DNA from: Ruditapes philippinarum
Lineage: Eukaryota
Assembly: GCF_026571515.1 (NCBI RefSeq)
Contig: NW_026865766.1
Span: 1 to 64,000, forward strand
Length of the DNA: 64,000 nucleotides
Direction: 5' to 3'
Part shown: piece after piece, positions 63,283 through 64,000 of the stretch
Layout of the letters: each line of letters starts with the position of its first letter
How positions within the stretch are numbered: the stretch's first letter is position 1
Notes under the pieces: generated by a model
The model's input: only the letters and a program-made list of their open reading frames with translations
Told to the model about the DNA's origin: nothing
The model's database searches: none
Made by a program: the position numbers and the translations under genes

Positions 63283-63563
63283 CTTAATTCGTTTTTACGA
63301 AATAATAATTCGTAATAACGAAATAATAATTCGTAAATACGAAATATTAATTCGTTTTTTTTTTCGAAATATTAATTCGTAATTACGAAATATTAATTCG
63401 TAATTACGAAATATTAATTCGTAATTACGAAATATTAATTCGTTTTTACGAAATATCAATTCGTTTTTACGAAATATTAATTCGTAATAACGAAATATTA
63501 ATTCGTTTTTACGAAATATCAATTCGGTCATAACGAAAAAATAATTCATATTTACGAAATATT
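63283..63563. repeat. 21-bp quasi-palindromic minisatellite (TACGAAATATTAATTCGTWWT)n, ~13 units
   Basis: Seen directly; each unit contains an ACGAA...TTCGT inverted repeat. Confidence 0.95.
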
Positions 63564-63565
63564 AA

Positions 63566-64000
63566 GAGGATATTTTTTCGTTTGAGTGAAATATGGAATA
63601 TATTTTCACGAAACATGATAAAATGCCACATATTTTCACGAGCCGGGACGGCGAGTGAAAATATGTGGCATTTTATCACGTTGAGTGTAAATATATACCA
63701 TATTTCACGAAAAACGAAAAAATAACCTTTTTATTTAATTTCATTATCAAAGAAAAAATTGTTACGAACCCTATTGCTTGCTACGCAACTGCAATTGTAC
63801 AGCGCGCAGTAACATATTAATGCGTCTTGTTTTGCACGCGATATTTGGCGCTACATTGTGACGTCACGTAAACAACTGTTTAAACGTCTGTACAGCGTTA
63901 ATAACTGAATTAAAGATATTGGTGTTCGGATTAATTTTCTTAGTTAGACAATTTTCTATCATTCTAGATAGTTTTCAAAGCAAAATTCAACAAAAAGTTG
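63566..64000 (+). repeat. Dispersed repeat with a strong internal hairpin; 63696-64000 matches 18470-18762
   Basis: Near-identical sequence at two places. Hairpin AAAATGCCACATATTTTCAC..GTGAAAATATGTGGCATTTT at ~63620-63674. Class not determined. Confidence 0.75.

Noticed and set aside
63283-63563. CRISPR-like array, and ORFs 63161-63382 and 63295-63549
   Set aside because: Head-to-tail minisatellite with no unique spacers, in eukaryotic DNA; the ORFs are repeat translations.

Overview
AT-rich, intron-containing animal genomic DNA. The repeat landscape and the RING-less B-box/NHL gene cluster suggest a bivalve mollusc (inference). Hand-spliced genes, all on +: (1) a complete 8-coding-exon PPP4C (307 aa, ending DYFL); (2) a 10-exon, ~416-aa coiled-coil gene I cannot assign, whose intron 5 hosts a 4.9-kb Sola-type DNA transposon with its own 6-exon transposase; (3) two intact single-coding-exon B-box/coiled-coil/NHL TRIM-like paralogs plus a frameshift-ridden third copy. 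About 50.9-60.9 kb is a second copy of about 32.2-44.4 kb. It is either a tandem segmental duplication or an uncollapsed haplotype, and part of it looks like low-quality sequence. The two copies differ by several TE presence/absence sites. Mobile elements include Sola-type fold-back MITEs, a MULE-like element, mariner relics, Helentron/HINE-like elements with satellite arrays, SINEs, a LINE relic, an AcademH-like MITE and a 143-bp solo LTR carrying a tRNA-Lys-like sequence. No CRISPR, rRNA or bona fide tRNA gene was found. All coordinates were read by hand and no database searches were run.
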